NCBI GenBank assembly: GCA_038249135.1
Contig: JBBRWO010000003.1
Coordinates: forward strand, 1,860-65,859
Length of the DNA: 64,000 nt
Reading direction: 5' to 3'
Origin: Coriobacteriia bacterium
Lineage (GTDB): Bacteria; Actinomycetota; Coriobacteriia; Anaerosomatales; JAAXUF01
Part shown: positions 1 to 7,945 of the stretch, piece by piece
Position numbering within the stretch: the first letter of the stretch is position 1
Layout: each line of letters starts with the position of its first letter
Program-made: the position numbers and the translations under genes
The notes under the pieces: model-generated
Databases searched by the model: none
Told to the model about the DNA's origin: nothing
What the model saw: the letters and a program-made list of their open reading frames with translations, nothing else

Positions 1-658
1 CGGACTCGGCAAGCGGGCGCCCCATCCCTGCATGCCGATCGATCAGGATCGGCAACATGCCTACTGCACGTGCGCCAAGAACGTCGGCATAGTGGTGGTC
101 GCCTACGTGCGCGCACTCTTCCGGCCGCACGCCCAGACGCTCACATGCGAGCTCGAATATGCGTGGATCCGGTTTGTGCAGGCCCACCTCGGCAGACGAG
201 ACGATGGTGTCGAGCAACGGCGCGATTCCCATGCCGTCCATCAGACCCGTCAGCCTCTTGTCCCAATTCGAGATCAACCCGATCGCCAGACCTCGACTGC
301 GAAGCCGGCGAAACGCCGGGACGACATCCCCATAGGCGCGCCAGCGCTCGGCGCAGCCAAACTCCTCATACACACGTAGCGCTATGCGCTCAGCTTCTTC
401 CTCGATGCCCAGTTCGCGACAGAGTAGTGAGTACATACCGATCCACACCTGGGAGGTCTGCGCTTCATCGGTCCAGAAGGTGTCGTCGGATCGATAGCGA
501 TCCTCGTAGAACTCGTCGACCAGGGGCATCAATGCGTCAATCGCATGCAGGTCGTGAACATGCCCTTCCTCGGCGAGTATCTGGCGGCACACCTCGCTCA
601 CACTGGGGTGCGGGAAGAGAAGCGTGTTGCCCACATCGAAGAAGACGGCGCGCAGCAT
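1..658 (-). CDS. HAD-superfamily hydrolase (IA-like); 3' end runs off the left edge of the window
   Basis: Absent from the ORF track because it has no stop in the window. My minus-strand translation from ATG 658 gives MLRAVFFDVGNTLLFPHPS...GLISNWDKRL...GLHKPDPRIFE...HVGDHHYADVLGA. HAD motifs I (FDVGNT), the conserved Lys (HKPDP) and IV (GDxxxD) are present, and there is no in-frame stop down to position 1. Confidence 0.75.
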   Translation of the reverse strand, partial: MLRAVFFDVGNTLLFPHPSVSEVCRQILAEEGHVHDLHAIDALMPLVDEFYEDRYRSDDTFWTDEAQTSQVWIGMYSLLCRELGIEEEAERIALRVYEEFGCAERWRAYGDVVPAFRRLRSRGLAIGLISNWDKRLTGLMDGMGIAPLLDTIVSSAEVGLHKPDPRIFELACERLGVRPEECAHVGDHHYADVLGARAVGMLPILIDRHAGMGRPLAES

Positions 659-667
659 CTACATCGC

Positions 668-1237
668 CTAGTCGAGCCAGACAGTGTCGTCCGGCTTGAC
701 CGGAGGACTCGCCGGCACAATGTCCGAAGGGTAGCCCAAAGCGATGATGGATACGACTTCATCGAACTCAGACAGTCCCAAAACGACCGCCAAATCTCCC
801 TTGACCCAGTAAGAGAATGTGACGTTGCAGGCACCAAGTCCCTCGTTCGTCGCCGCAAGCAGCAGGTTCTCTATTGCGGCGCCGACAGACAGATGCCTGT
901 TCAAGGCCTCGAACTCGGCGCTCGAGCGCGGAGCGGACACCGCCACGAGTACGGGAGCATGACCCAACGACGAGTACCACGCGACTGCCGCCTCATAGCG
1001 CTCGGGTCCGAGAGCATCCATGTACTCAGACAGATGGACAGTCGACTGCGCGACCACCTCACCGAGCCTGGCGCGAGTATCGCCCTGGGCAATGGTGAAA
1101 CGCCAAGGCTGCTCGTTCATCGAGGACGGCGCCTTCTGCGCGGCATCGACAATTCTCTCAAGCACGGCGCGCTCAATGCCGCGGTCGTCAAAATCGCGAA
1201 TCGACTGGCGCGCTTCGATTGTCTCCCAGAAGTCCAT
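668..1237 (-). CDS. nitroreductase-family oxidoreductase
   Basis: ORF 668..1306. MDFWETIEARQSIRDFDDR...APSSMNEQPWRFT is typical of the nitroreductase family. Start moved to ATG 1237, which has an AGGGAGA RBS just upstream; the longer starts overlap the upstream gene or lack an RBS. Confidence 0.85.
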   Translation of the reverse strand: MDFWETIEARQSIRDFDDRGIERAVLERIVDAAQKAPSSMNEQPWRFTIAQGDTRARLGEVVAQSTVHLSEYMDALGPERYEAAVAWYSSLGHAPVLVAVSAPRSSAEFEALNRHLSVGAAIENLLLAATNEGLGACNVTFSYWVKGDLAVVLGLSEFDEVVSIIALGYPSDIVPASPPVKPDDTVWLD

Positions 1238-1259
1238 CTGTCTCCCTGGTGTCATTTGT

Positions 1260-2378
1260 TCATCGTGCGAAAACGAGCACTCGCTCGCACACCGTCTGCA
1301 CGGCATCCCGCTTACCTAGCGTACCAGCATTGGCAACCATCTGGGTCAGTCGCTCGGGATGCGTGGACAAGAACTTCACCTTCTCCACCGCATCTGATTC
1401 GTCCCGAGAAAGCAGCGCCACTCCGTTGTTGACGAGCGCATCAACGGTACGGGTCTCATGTCCGGGCACCGGACCGAGGATGACGAGCGGCAGACCGACC
1501 GCGAGAGCCTCTGCGAGAGCGATCCCGCCGGCATGCGCGACAAGCACGTCGGATCCGCGCATGAGCGCAGGCATCTCCTCGGTGAACCCGAACACTCGCA
1601 CCAGCCCGGTCTTCTCGGAAACCGCCATGAGGCGTCTCTGAACGCGAGCATTGGCGCCTGCAGCCGCCATCACCTGGATTCCTGCCGAGGCGAGCTCTGC
1701 GGCAATGTGGTCGGAGTCGACCTGAGGAGATGCGGTCGCGAGCAAGAGCGCCGTGAACCTGTCGGCGATGCCGAGATATTTGCGCAGCCCCGGCCCCGTC
1801 GCGCCTGCCGAGAACTTGTCGGCCACCGGCACGCCCGAGACGATGATGCGATCCCACGGAGTGCCTCCAACCGCGAGTTCGTCACGCACATCACGGCTCG
1901 GCACGAAGAACAGGGCCGTGGTCGGATGAATCCAACTGTCGCGTGCGTCGAAGTCGGTCACTACGCTCACTGCGGAGAATGACCTGTCCGCGCTGAGTTC
2001 TGCCGCCACACCAGCCGCGATCGGCGAGGTCGAGATGACGACATGAGGGTCGTGTGCGGAAAGATATTCGGCTATACGATCGAGGCCTCCCGCGGCCAGA
2101 CCCGACATCACTTGGTTCTGTGGTCCCAGCCGAGTCATCCGAGCGAGATCCCCGCGGCCAGTCGGGAAGAACTCCGAGCCTTGTTGATAGGCGAACTTGG
2201 CGAGCACGTTCACGTTAGGCATGAACTGCGCGAGCGGATCGACGACGGTCAGCTCGACTGTGTCGGAGCCTCGCGTCTGGTAGTACGCAGCGATTGATTC
2301 CGCCACACCATGCGCTGCCCCACCGTATGACGCCGAAAAGACCACGACACGCGTGGCACCGGATGCACGTTGCGCCAT
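1260..2378 (-). CDS. GT28/MGDG-synthase-like glycosyltransferase (diacylglycerol glycosyltransferase-like)
   Basis: 372 aa. The N-terminal VVVFSASYGGAAHGVAESI and the C-terminal AHAGGIALAEALAVGLPLVILGPVPGHE resemble MurG/UgtP-type GT-B enzymes. ATG 2378 shares one base with the TGA of the upstream gene. Confidence 0.75.
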   Translation of the reverse strand: MAQRASGATRVVVFSASYGGAAHGVAESIAAYYQTRGSDTVELTVVDPLAQFMPNVNVLAKFAYQQGSEFFPTGRGDLARMTRLGPQNQVMSGLAAGGLDRIAEYLSAHDPHVVISTSPIAAGVAAELSADRSFSAVSVVTDFDARDSWIHPTTALFFVPSRDVRDELAVGGTPWDRIIVSGVPVADKFSAGATGPGLRKYLGIADRFTALLLATASPQVDSDHIAAELASAGIQVMAAAGANARVQRRLMAVSEKTGLVRVFGFTEEMPALMRGSDVLVAHAGGIALAEALAVGLPLVILGPVPGHETRTVDALVNNGVALLSRDESDAVEKVKFLSTHPERLTQMVANAGTLGKRDAVQTVCERVLVFAR

Positions 2379-3163
2379 CAGCCTTTTCCGCCGCCGCGAT
2401 GTTTGACAAGTCGCACGAGCGTGCCTCCGCCAACGGGCTTCTCGAACTCGACGCGGTCTGTGAGGGCGCGCATGAACGCGACTCCTCGCCCGCTTGGCGC
2501 GTACACATCGCTTGACCGTGACGGCGTGCCATCGAACCCGGTACCGAAGTCGATGATCTCGAGAACGACACGATCGGCGTACGCGATAACCCGCACGTCC
2601 ACGTTCGCCTCACCATCGGCTGGCGATCCGTGACGAACAGCGTTGGCCAAAGCCTCGCCGAGCGCCACCCTCATGTCGAAGACCGCAGATTCCGCGAAGC
2701 CTAATGGCTGAATCAACTGGCAGACCTCTTCGCGCATTGTCCCGAGCCGGTCCACGCTCGCATTCATCTCAAGCTCGCGGCGCCAAAGCTCCTGTGCCGG
2801 CTCACTTGAAAGTCCAAGTCCCTCGAGCGCTCCCTCAACGTTAGGACTCATCGCCAGAGTCGAGGCGACGGTGATAAGGCCGGACAGCTCAAGAATCCGC
2901 GTGATGTCCCGATTCGCGCTCGCAAGTACCATGCGTCCGCCACTGGGGCGCAGTTGATGGTCGAGCCATACCAGAAGCCCGAGCGCCGAACTGTCCGCAT
3001 AGACGACGTCGCTCAGATCGAGAACGAGGTGAGCGCAGCCGCCGTCAATAGCGTTGCCTAGATCCCGGCGCAGTTCCGGAACCATCGCTATGTCGATATC
3101 GCCAGACAGGCGCACCACGCACGACCGAGGGCTGTCATGCTTCTCCAGTTCGAAACTAGACAT
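2378..3163 (-). CDS. fused anti-sigma-factor antagonist (STAS) and RsbW/SpoIIAB-like serine kinase (HATPase_c)
   Basis: From ATG 3163: MSSFELEKH...VRLSGDIDIAMVPELRRDL...DLSDVVYADSSALGLLVWL is a STAS domain with the DSS phospho-serine motif. It is followed by GEALANAVRHG (N-box) and IIDFGTGFD (G1 box). ATG 3163 overlaps the stop of the upstream phosphatase gene (ATGTCTAG). Confidence 0.8.
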   Translation of the reverse strand: MSSFELEKHDSPRSCVVRLSGDIDIAMVPELRRDLGNAIDGGCAHLVLDLSDVVYADSSALGLLVWLDHQLRPSGGRMVLASANRDITRILELSGLITVASTLAMSPNVEGALEGLGLSSEPAQELWRRELEMNASVDRLGTMREEVCQLIQPLGFAESAVFDMRVALGEALANAVRHGSPADGEANVDVRVIAYADRVVLEIIDFGTGFDGTPSRSSDVYAPSGRGVAFMRALTDRVEFEKPVGGGTLVRLVKHRGGGKG

Positions 3164-6100
3164 CCTTGGGGCTACCCACTTCCATCTGGGGCTGCGTAAT
3201 CTCACCGACGCCTTCGCGCACTCGAAGAACCAACACCGCCACATCGTCACGCAGTTCCGAGCGAACGAACCGTCGGACTGACACCAAAAGACGCTGCGCG
3301 ACCTCATCGGCAGTCCCGCCGACCTGTAAGGCAGCATGTACCCGCTTCTCGCCGAAGAACTCGGCTCCACTTCTCGCTTCCGTGACACCGTCGGTATAGA
3401 GCAGCACCATGTCGCCTGGTTTCATCGGTACCACCTGCTCCCCATAGACCACTTCACTCAGCGCGCCGAGAAGCGGACCTGTGGCAGCGAGCGATATGCA
3501 CTCACCGTCGTTGGCCTCCTGGAGAAGGCCCGCCGGATGCCCGCCGCTCGCCCACTTCAGCACGCCACGTCGCGGATCGTAACGGCCGACCCAGAGCGTC
3601 ACGATGTCGCTCGGGTCGCCCGTCTCGGTGACCATGCGGTTGATCTCGCCGAGAATGCGAGCTGGAGAGAACCCGGCCGCCGCAAGCGAGCGAACAGAGT
3701 ACTTGATCATCGACGTCTTGGTCGCAGCAACCACGCCCTTGCCGCACACGTCGGCGATGGCGAACAGTATGCCGCCGTCCGCGCTGCGGAAGAGATCGTA
3801 ATAGTCGCCACCGATCTCAGCGTCACCGCCCGCGGGCGCGTACACGCTTCCCGCTTCAACCTCGTCGAACTCCGGCAGAGCACCGGGAAGAATCGACCGC
3901 TGCAGGATGCTCGCCACCTCGTGCTCGCGGCTGTACAACCGCGCGGTGTCGATTGCGAGCGCGGCCTGCGACGCGAACGTCTGCAACGTGGCCTGATCCT
4001 CTTCGGAGAACGCGCCGACCTCCGCAGAGAAGACCGTCAGTACGCCGATCGACCGTCCACGGGCCAACAGAGGCACAGCGAGGAGCGAGCGCAGGCCATG
4101 AGCGGCCGCGTCTCCGGCGATGCCGCCCATCCCCGCGTGCAGGTCCTTGTACGTCGCAGGAACTCCGGTGGTGAACACGTAACCAGGGATATCATCGGAG
4201 GGCGTGAACACTCGGTCCACCAGGTCGGGCGACACCGCTCCACGAGCCATCGCCGTGGTGATGGTCCGCCGCCGCTGATCATAGGTCATCAACGCCAGTG
4301 CATCCGCCGAGAGAATCTTCTGCACCACATCGAGCACGCGATTGAGAACCACGTTCACCTGGAGAGAAGATCCGACCGCCTGGCTGATTCTGAAGATGGT
4401 CTCCAGGTTGTTAGCGCGTACGACCGCCTGCTCGTACAGGTAAGCATTCTCGAGCGCGAGCGCGAGCTCATTTGCAACTGAAGTAGCAAGTTCCGCATCC
4501 CGACGAGACCCCAGCAACTGCGGCAAAGCAAGACCAAGCACGGCACCATGCAGCTTGTCGAGGGCAACCGGAACGAGCATGAGTCGCTCTGCCCCGGTCT
4601 TGTCGATGAACGCATCGGCAGATGGGTCCTCCCCCCGCTTCACGACCAACGGCCGCACGCTTTCACCTGGTGCAAACCGGCGCAGTGCAAGGTCGAGGAG
4701 GTTTGCATCAAACGAGTGGTCAGCCGCGGGCGGCAGGCCAAGCGCGGAACGGGATGCAAATGCGAAGGTCGCCTCTTTCGCCCCAAACAGATCGGCAACG
4801 ATGAGTTCGATTTCGTGGAGCGTGTCGCTCAGCCCATCAGGACGCGCCAGACGCTCAGCGATTTCACGCAGCCCGTCAGACACCCGACGCGACTCCGTCT
4901 CGATAGCAAACAGCCGCGAATTCTGTACAGCGACGGCCGCCTGCGCCGAGAAGGTCCTGACCATCTCGCGCTCCGCCTGCGAGGTGTCTTGCTCGGATTC
5001 CAGCAGCACAACAACCGCGCCCAGGGTCTCGCGACCCGCGATGAGCGGGGCGACCAACGCGCAGCGACCAGCCTCGCCCAGACCGGGCAGCTCAGAGGCG
5101 ATGCTCTCGGGCCTCGCGGCATACACCACCGGCTCAGAGTCGGTGAGCGCCGTGGCGAGCCATCCATCGGAGTAGGCATCAATCGCCGACACGTAGCCCA
5201 GTTCCACCCCACGCACCCGCACCGGGACAAGCCAGCGGCCGTCACGATCAAGCAGATAGACCGCCGCAGTACCCGGTCCCACGATGTGCCCCATCGCCGA
5301 CAGAATGCCGTCAAGCACCTGGTCCAGTTGCGATGCACTGGCAAGCAGTTGCGAAAGATCGTGCAGGGCGTTGAGTCGAAGCGCTACCGCATTGAACGCC
5401 TTGGCAACCTGCCCGATCTCGTCATCGCGGTCCTCAGAAATCGGCTTGACGTATGAGCCCTTCGCCGCACGATACGCTGCATCTTCCAGATCGCGGAGTG
5501 GTGCCACGAGTCTGCTCGAGATGAGCCATGCTGCAAGCAGTGCAGTGATGCCGCCGACAATCAGGACCAGCAGAGACGGGGCGACCGCGCCAGCGGTTTC
5601 AACCACGCCGACATACCGCGGCTCGAGAATCACGAGCCTCAGATCGACCCCTTCTACACCCCGGATGTCCTTGTAGTGGCCGGCGAGAGGCATGCCTTGC
5701 GCGACGGGAACGGTCACATCTCCAGCGCCCGGCACCTGCGACACCCAAACGGCCCCTCGCATGCGAAGCCCCTTTGTTGCGCCAACGCTGAACAGGGACG
5801 CGCCGTTTTGAAGCACCACGACCACGCGGCCATCCCCAACCCGGGCATTGGCGATGGTCGCCCTGAGGAACGAGGTGTTCACCTTCTCAAGAATCACGAC
5901 CGGTTCACTGCCGCCGAGGAATACAGTTCGAGTCAGCCAGAGTGATCGTGTGCCCGAGGTGTCCACACTCGAGACGAAGCCCGTGGCACCTCGGAGCGCA
6001 GCGCCGTAGGCAGACCGTGCCGCTCGCGGCACCACAGTACGAGTGCCGGGCGCACTTGCGACAACGCGTCCGCGCGTATCCACCACATCAATCTCGGAGA

Positions 6101-6413
6101 TCAGACCGTCAGATGAGTCTCGAAGTATCGAGATTCGCTCAGCTATCACGGCCGCCTCGGTCTGACCCGCAACCGCGTTCGCGACTCGTGATGCGTTGGC
6201 ATCAACAGACTGCAACCGAGACAAGATGGCGTCCTCAGTGGCCTGAAGATATGCCTCATCTCTGGCGGCGATCTGCCGCTGAGCAAGATTCGAGACCCCA
6301 ACGACCGCCACCGTGCCGGAGACGACTACAGTCGCAACTCCGATCAACAGCGTCAGGCTCATGATGCGGCCAGCGAGCCGCCCCGGTCTGCGAGCGATCC
6401 TCGTCATCCGCAC
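3156..6413 (-). CDS. membrane sensor PP2C (SpoIIE/RsbU-type) serine phosphatase with extracytoplasmic domain, HAMP and multiple GAF domains
   Basis: 1085 aa. It has an N-terminal TM helix, a periplasmic-type region of about 240 aa and a second TM helix. Then come HAMP (APLRDLEDAAYRAAKGSY...IGQVAKAFNAV), about three GAF-like blocks and a C-terminal PP2C signature (IGGDYYDLF...FAIADVCGKGVVAA...LLYTDGVTEA). Confidence 0.85.
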   Translation of the reverse strand: MRMTRIARRPGRLAGRIMSLTLLIGVATVVVSGTVAVVGVSNLAQRQIAARDEAYLQATEDAILSRLQSVDANASRVANAVAGQTEAAVIAERISILRDSSDGLISEIDVVDTRGRVVASAPGTRTVVPRAARSAYGAALRGATGFVSSVDTSGTRSLWLTRTVFLGGSEPVVILEKVNTSFLRATIANARVGDGRVVVVLQNGASLFSVGATKGLRMRGAVWVSQVPGAGDVTVPVAQGMPLAGHYKDIRGVEGVDLRLVILEPRYVGVVETAGAVAPSLLVLIVGGITALLAAWLISSRLVAPLRDLEDAAYRAAKGSYVKPISEDRDDEIGQVAKAFNAVALRLNALHDLSQLLASASQLDQVLDGILSAMGHIVGPGTAAVYLLDRDGRWLVPVRVRGVELGYVSAIDAYSDGWLATALTDSEPVVYAARPESIASELPGLGEAGRCALVAPLIAGRETLGAVVVLLESEQDTSQAEREMVRTFSAQAAVAVQNSRLFAIETESRRVSDGLREIAERLARPDGLSDTLHEIELIVADLFGAKEATFAFASRSALGLPPAADHSFDANLLDLALRRFAPGESVRPLVVKRGEDPSADAFIDKTGAERLMLVPVALDKLHGAVLGLALPQLLGSRRDAELATSVANELALALENAYLYEQAVVRANNLETIFRISQAVGSSLQVNVVLNRVLDVVQKILSADALALMTYDQRRRTITTAMARGAVSPDLVDRVFTPSDDIPGYVFTTGVPATYKDLHAGMGGIAGDAAAHGLRSLLAVPLLARGRSIGVLTVFSAEVGAFSEEDQATLQTFASQAALAIDTARLYSREHEVASILQRSILPGALPEFDEVEAGSVYAPAGGDAEIGGDYYDLFRSADGGILFAIADVCGKGVVAATKTSMIKYSVRSLAAAGFSPARILGEINRMVTETGDPSDIVTLWVGRYDPRRGVLKWASGGHPAGLLQEANDGECISLAATGPLLGALSEVVYGEQVVPMKPGDMVLLYTDGVTEARSGAEFFGEKRVHAALQVGGTADEVAQRLLVSVRRFVRSELRDDVAVLVLRVREGVGEITQPQMEVGSPKDV

Positions 6414-6450
6414 CCCCGCCCCTGGTCATCGGTCACCACGTCAATCAAGC

Positions 6451-6479
6451 AGTGCCATCGTACTGCATCGTACGGCACT
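6451..6479 (-). promoter_or_regulatory. hairpin / 8-nt direct repeat between ccdA and the phosphatase gene
   Basis: AGTGCC (6451-6456) and GGCACT (6474-6479) are reverse complements. They flank the direct repeat CATCGTAC-TG-CATCGTAC (6456-6473). The element could be a terminator after ccdA or a regulator site for the next gene. Confidence 0.3.
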
Positions 6480-6495
6480 AGGGCGTGAGCGCGGG

Positions 6496-7215
6496 CTAGA
6501 ACGAGGGCACAGCCGAAGTAAGCCAGTTGGCCAGCACTCCCAGCTGCCCGGTGAAGATAAGTAGTCCGATCGCAACGAGCATCGCGCCGGCGACGCGGTT
6601 CACGATGAGCGAGTGACGGTTGAGCCACGCGAGCAGAGGCTTCACGCGACCGAACAGCAGGGCAACGAGCAGAAACGGTATCCCGAGACCGAGTGAATAC
6701 ACAAGCAGCAGGAGCGCACCATTGGAAACGCTCCCCGTGGCTGCGGCCAACGCGAGAATGGTCCCTAGGATCGGCCCGACACACGGCGTCCAGCCGGCGG
6801 CGAACGCCATCCCCATGACGAGCGATGCGCCCCGCCCGAAGGATCGAGCGCGACCCATGTCGGCACGAGCCTCACCGTACAGGCCGGGAATCTTGATGAA
6901 GCCGAGCATGAAGATGCCAAAGAGCACGACGGCGACTCCGGCAATGCGCTCGACAACCTGTCGATACTCGACAAGGAGCTGTCCAACGACTGAAGCGGAC
7001 GCACCGAGGGCGACGAATACCAGTGAGAACCCGACAACGAAAAGAGCTGCGGGAACGAGGACCTTTGAAGATGACCGCTCAGAGTCCGCGAGCTGTGTCG
7101 TAGTCATCCCTGTCATGAACGACAGATATCCGGGAATCAACGGGAGGACGCACGGAGAGAGAAATGACAACAGCCCTGCGGTGAACGCAGCGACATAGCT
7201 CACGGAACCACTCAC
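6496..7215 (-). CDS. ccdA: cytochrome c biogenesis thiol-disulfide transporter CcdA (DsbD-like membrane core)
   Basis: 239 aa polytopic protein. FLSPCVLPLIPGYLSF and GWTPCVGPILG are the two conserved CcdA/DsbD Cys-Pro motifs. GTG start at 7215 with an AAGGGTGG RBS. Confidence 0.85.
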   Translation of the reverse strand: MSGSVSYVAAFTAGLLSFLSPCVLPLIPGYLSFMTGMTTTQLADSERSSSKVLVPAALFVVGFSLVFVALGASASVVGQLLVEYRQVVERIAGVAVVLFGIFMLGFIKIPGLYGEARADMGRARSFGRGASLVMGMAFAAGWTPCVGPILGTILALAAATGSVSNGALLLLVYSLGLGIPFLLVALLFGRVKPLLAWLNRHSLIVNRVAGAMLVAIGLLIFTGQLGVLANWLTSAVPSF

Positions 7216-7258
7216 GAACTACCACCCTTCAGCAACCAGTACGAACATGGCACTCAAC

Positions 7259-7276
7259 TATACCCCACTGGGTATA
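7259..7276. promoter_or_regulatory. CsoR-type operator-like palindrome upstream of ccdA
   Basis: TATACCCCACTGGGTATA has arms ATACCC/GGGTAT. It closely matches the palindrome in the csoR-CDF intergenic region (14290-14306) and lies 44-61 nt upstream of the ccdA start. Confidence 0.4.
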
Positions 7277-7301
7277 TATTCGCGAGTGCTTCCAGCTGCT
7301 G

Positions 7302-7523
7302 TCAGGCGAGCTGCTCGGCGTCGTACCCTACGCTTCGAATGGCATCTATGATCTGCTCGACAGTGATGACGTCGTCGTCAAAGCGCACAACGGTGTCGCC
7401 GGTCGCGTGATCGGTTCGAACGTCGGCCACTCCTTCGAGCTCGCCAACCGTAAGGTCCACCAGCATCGAGCACGAAGTGCAGTGCAGCCCTGAGGTCACG
7501 AGATTCGCGGTCACTTCACTCAT
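7302..7523 (-). CDS. heavy-metal-associated (HMA) domain metallochaperone-like protein
   Basis: MSEVTANLVTSGLHCTSCSMLVDLTVGELEGVADV... shows the ferredoxin-like HMA pattern with a CxxC (CTSC). ATG 7523 is preferred over 7532 because the GAGGGAG RBS is 9 nt upstream. Confidence 0.8.
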   Translation of the reverse strand: MSEVTANLVTSGLHCTSCSMLVDLTVGELEGVADVRTDHATGDTVVRFDDDVITVEQIIDAIRSVGYDAEQLA

Positions 7524-7851
7524 CAGGTGCATCTCCCTCGGATTTGATGTTCCCGCAGTACGGGCACATGCGCCAATCCTGCATCATCGCGGCGTCGCAG
7601 GAACCACACCGTACCATCACGGGCGCCGAGCGGTCTTCATGATTACGGTGAGATGACAACAGCGCCCAGCTCAACAGCACTACCAGGCCGGTCGCGATGG
7701 CGGGTATAACCCAGCCCAGACCAGCGCCTTGTGGGAGTGCGTAACGGTCAGCGTCGGCGAAAAGGGTAAGCCCCAAGGCCAGCAAGACACCCGTCACAAC
7801 GAGACCCGAGAGAAGGCCTGCTAGTGCGCGTGTCGCCGGACGAGATGTCAC
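7516..7851 (-). CDS. small membrane protein with C-terminal zinc-ribbon (CxxC...CxxC)
   Basis: Two hydrophobic helices are followed by VRCGSCDAAMMQDWRMCPYCG. Start moved to GTG 7851 (AGGGAG RBS 7 nt upstream). The 28 codons upstream in the track ORF are Arg/Pro-rich and contain a sigma-54 promoter match. Confidence 0.6.
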   Translation of the reverse strand: MTSRPATRALAGLLSGLVVTGVLLALGLTLFADADRYALPQGAGLGWVIPAIATGLVVLLSWALLSSHRNHEDRSAPVMVRCGSCDAAMMQDWRMCPYCGNIKSEGDAPDE

Positions 7852-7893
7852 TCGGAAGCTCCCTGGCAGAGGGCATGGACGTAACCGCCGAGG

Positions 7894-7909
7894 TGCAATC
7901 GGTGTGCCA
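7894..7909 (-). promoter_or_regulatory. sigma-54 (-24/-12) promoter
   Basis: The minus strand reads TGGCACACCGATTGCA, an exact match to TGGCAC-N5-TTGCA. It sits in the 94-nt gap between the EBP gene stop (7946) and GTG 7851, in the correct orientation. Confidence 0.65.
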
Positions 7910-7945
7910 ACATCCGCAGAGCGCGCCAGACGCATCTCCGAGAGG

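Noticed and set aside
6436-6458. Perfect TGGCAC hexamer (minus strand) upstream of the sensor phosphatase gene as a fourth sigma-54 promoter
   Set aside because: The -12 position reads GATTG with no GC dinucleotide at the required GG-N10-GC spacing (TGGCAC-TGCTT-GATTG). The hexamer is also one arm of the hairpin described above.
7852-7935. N-terminal 28 codons of track ORF 7516..7935
   Set aside because: The ATG has no usable RBS spacing, the peptide is Arg/Pro-rich, and the stretch contains the sigma-54 promoter. GTG 7851 with a good RBS is preferred.
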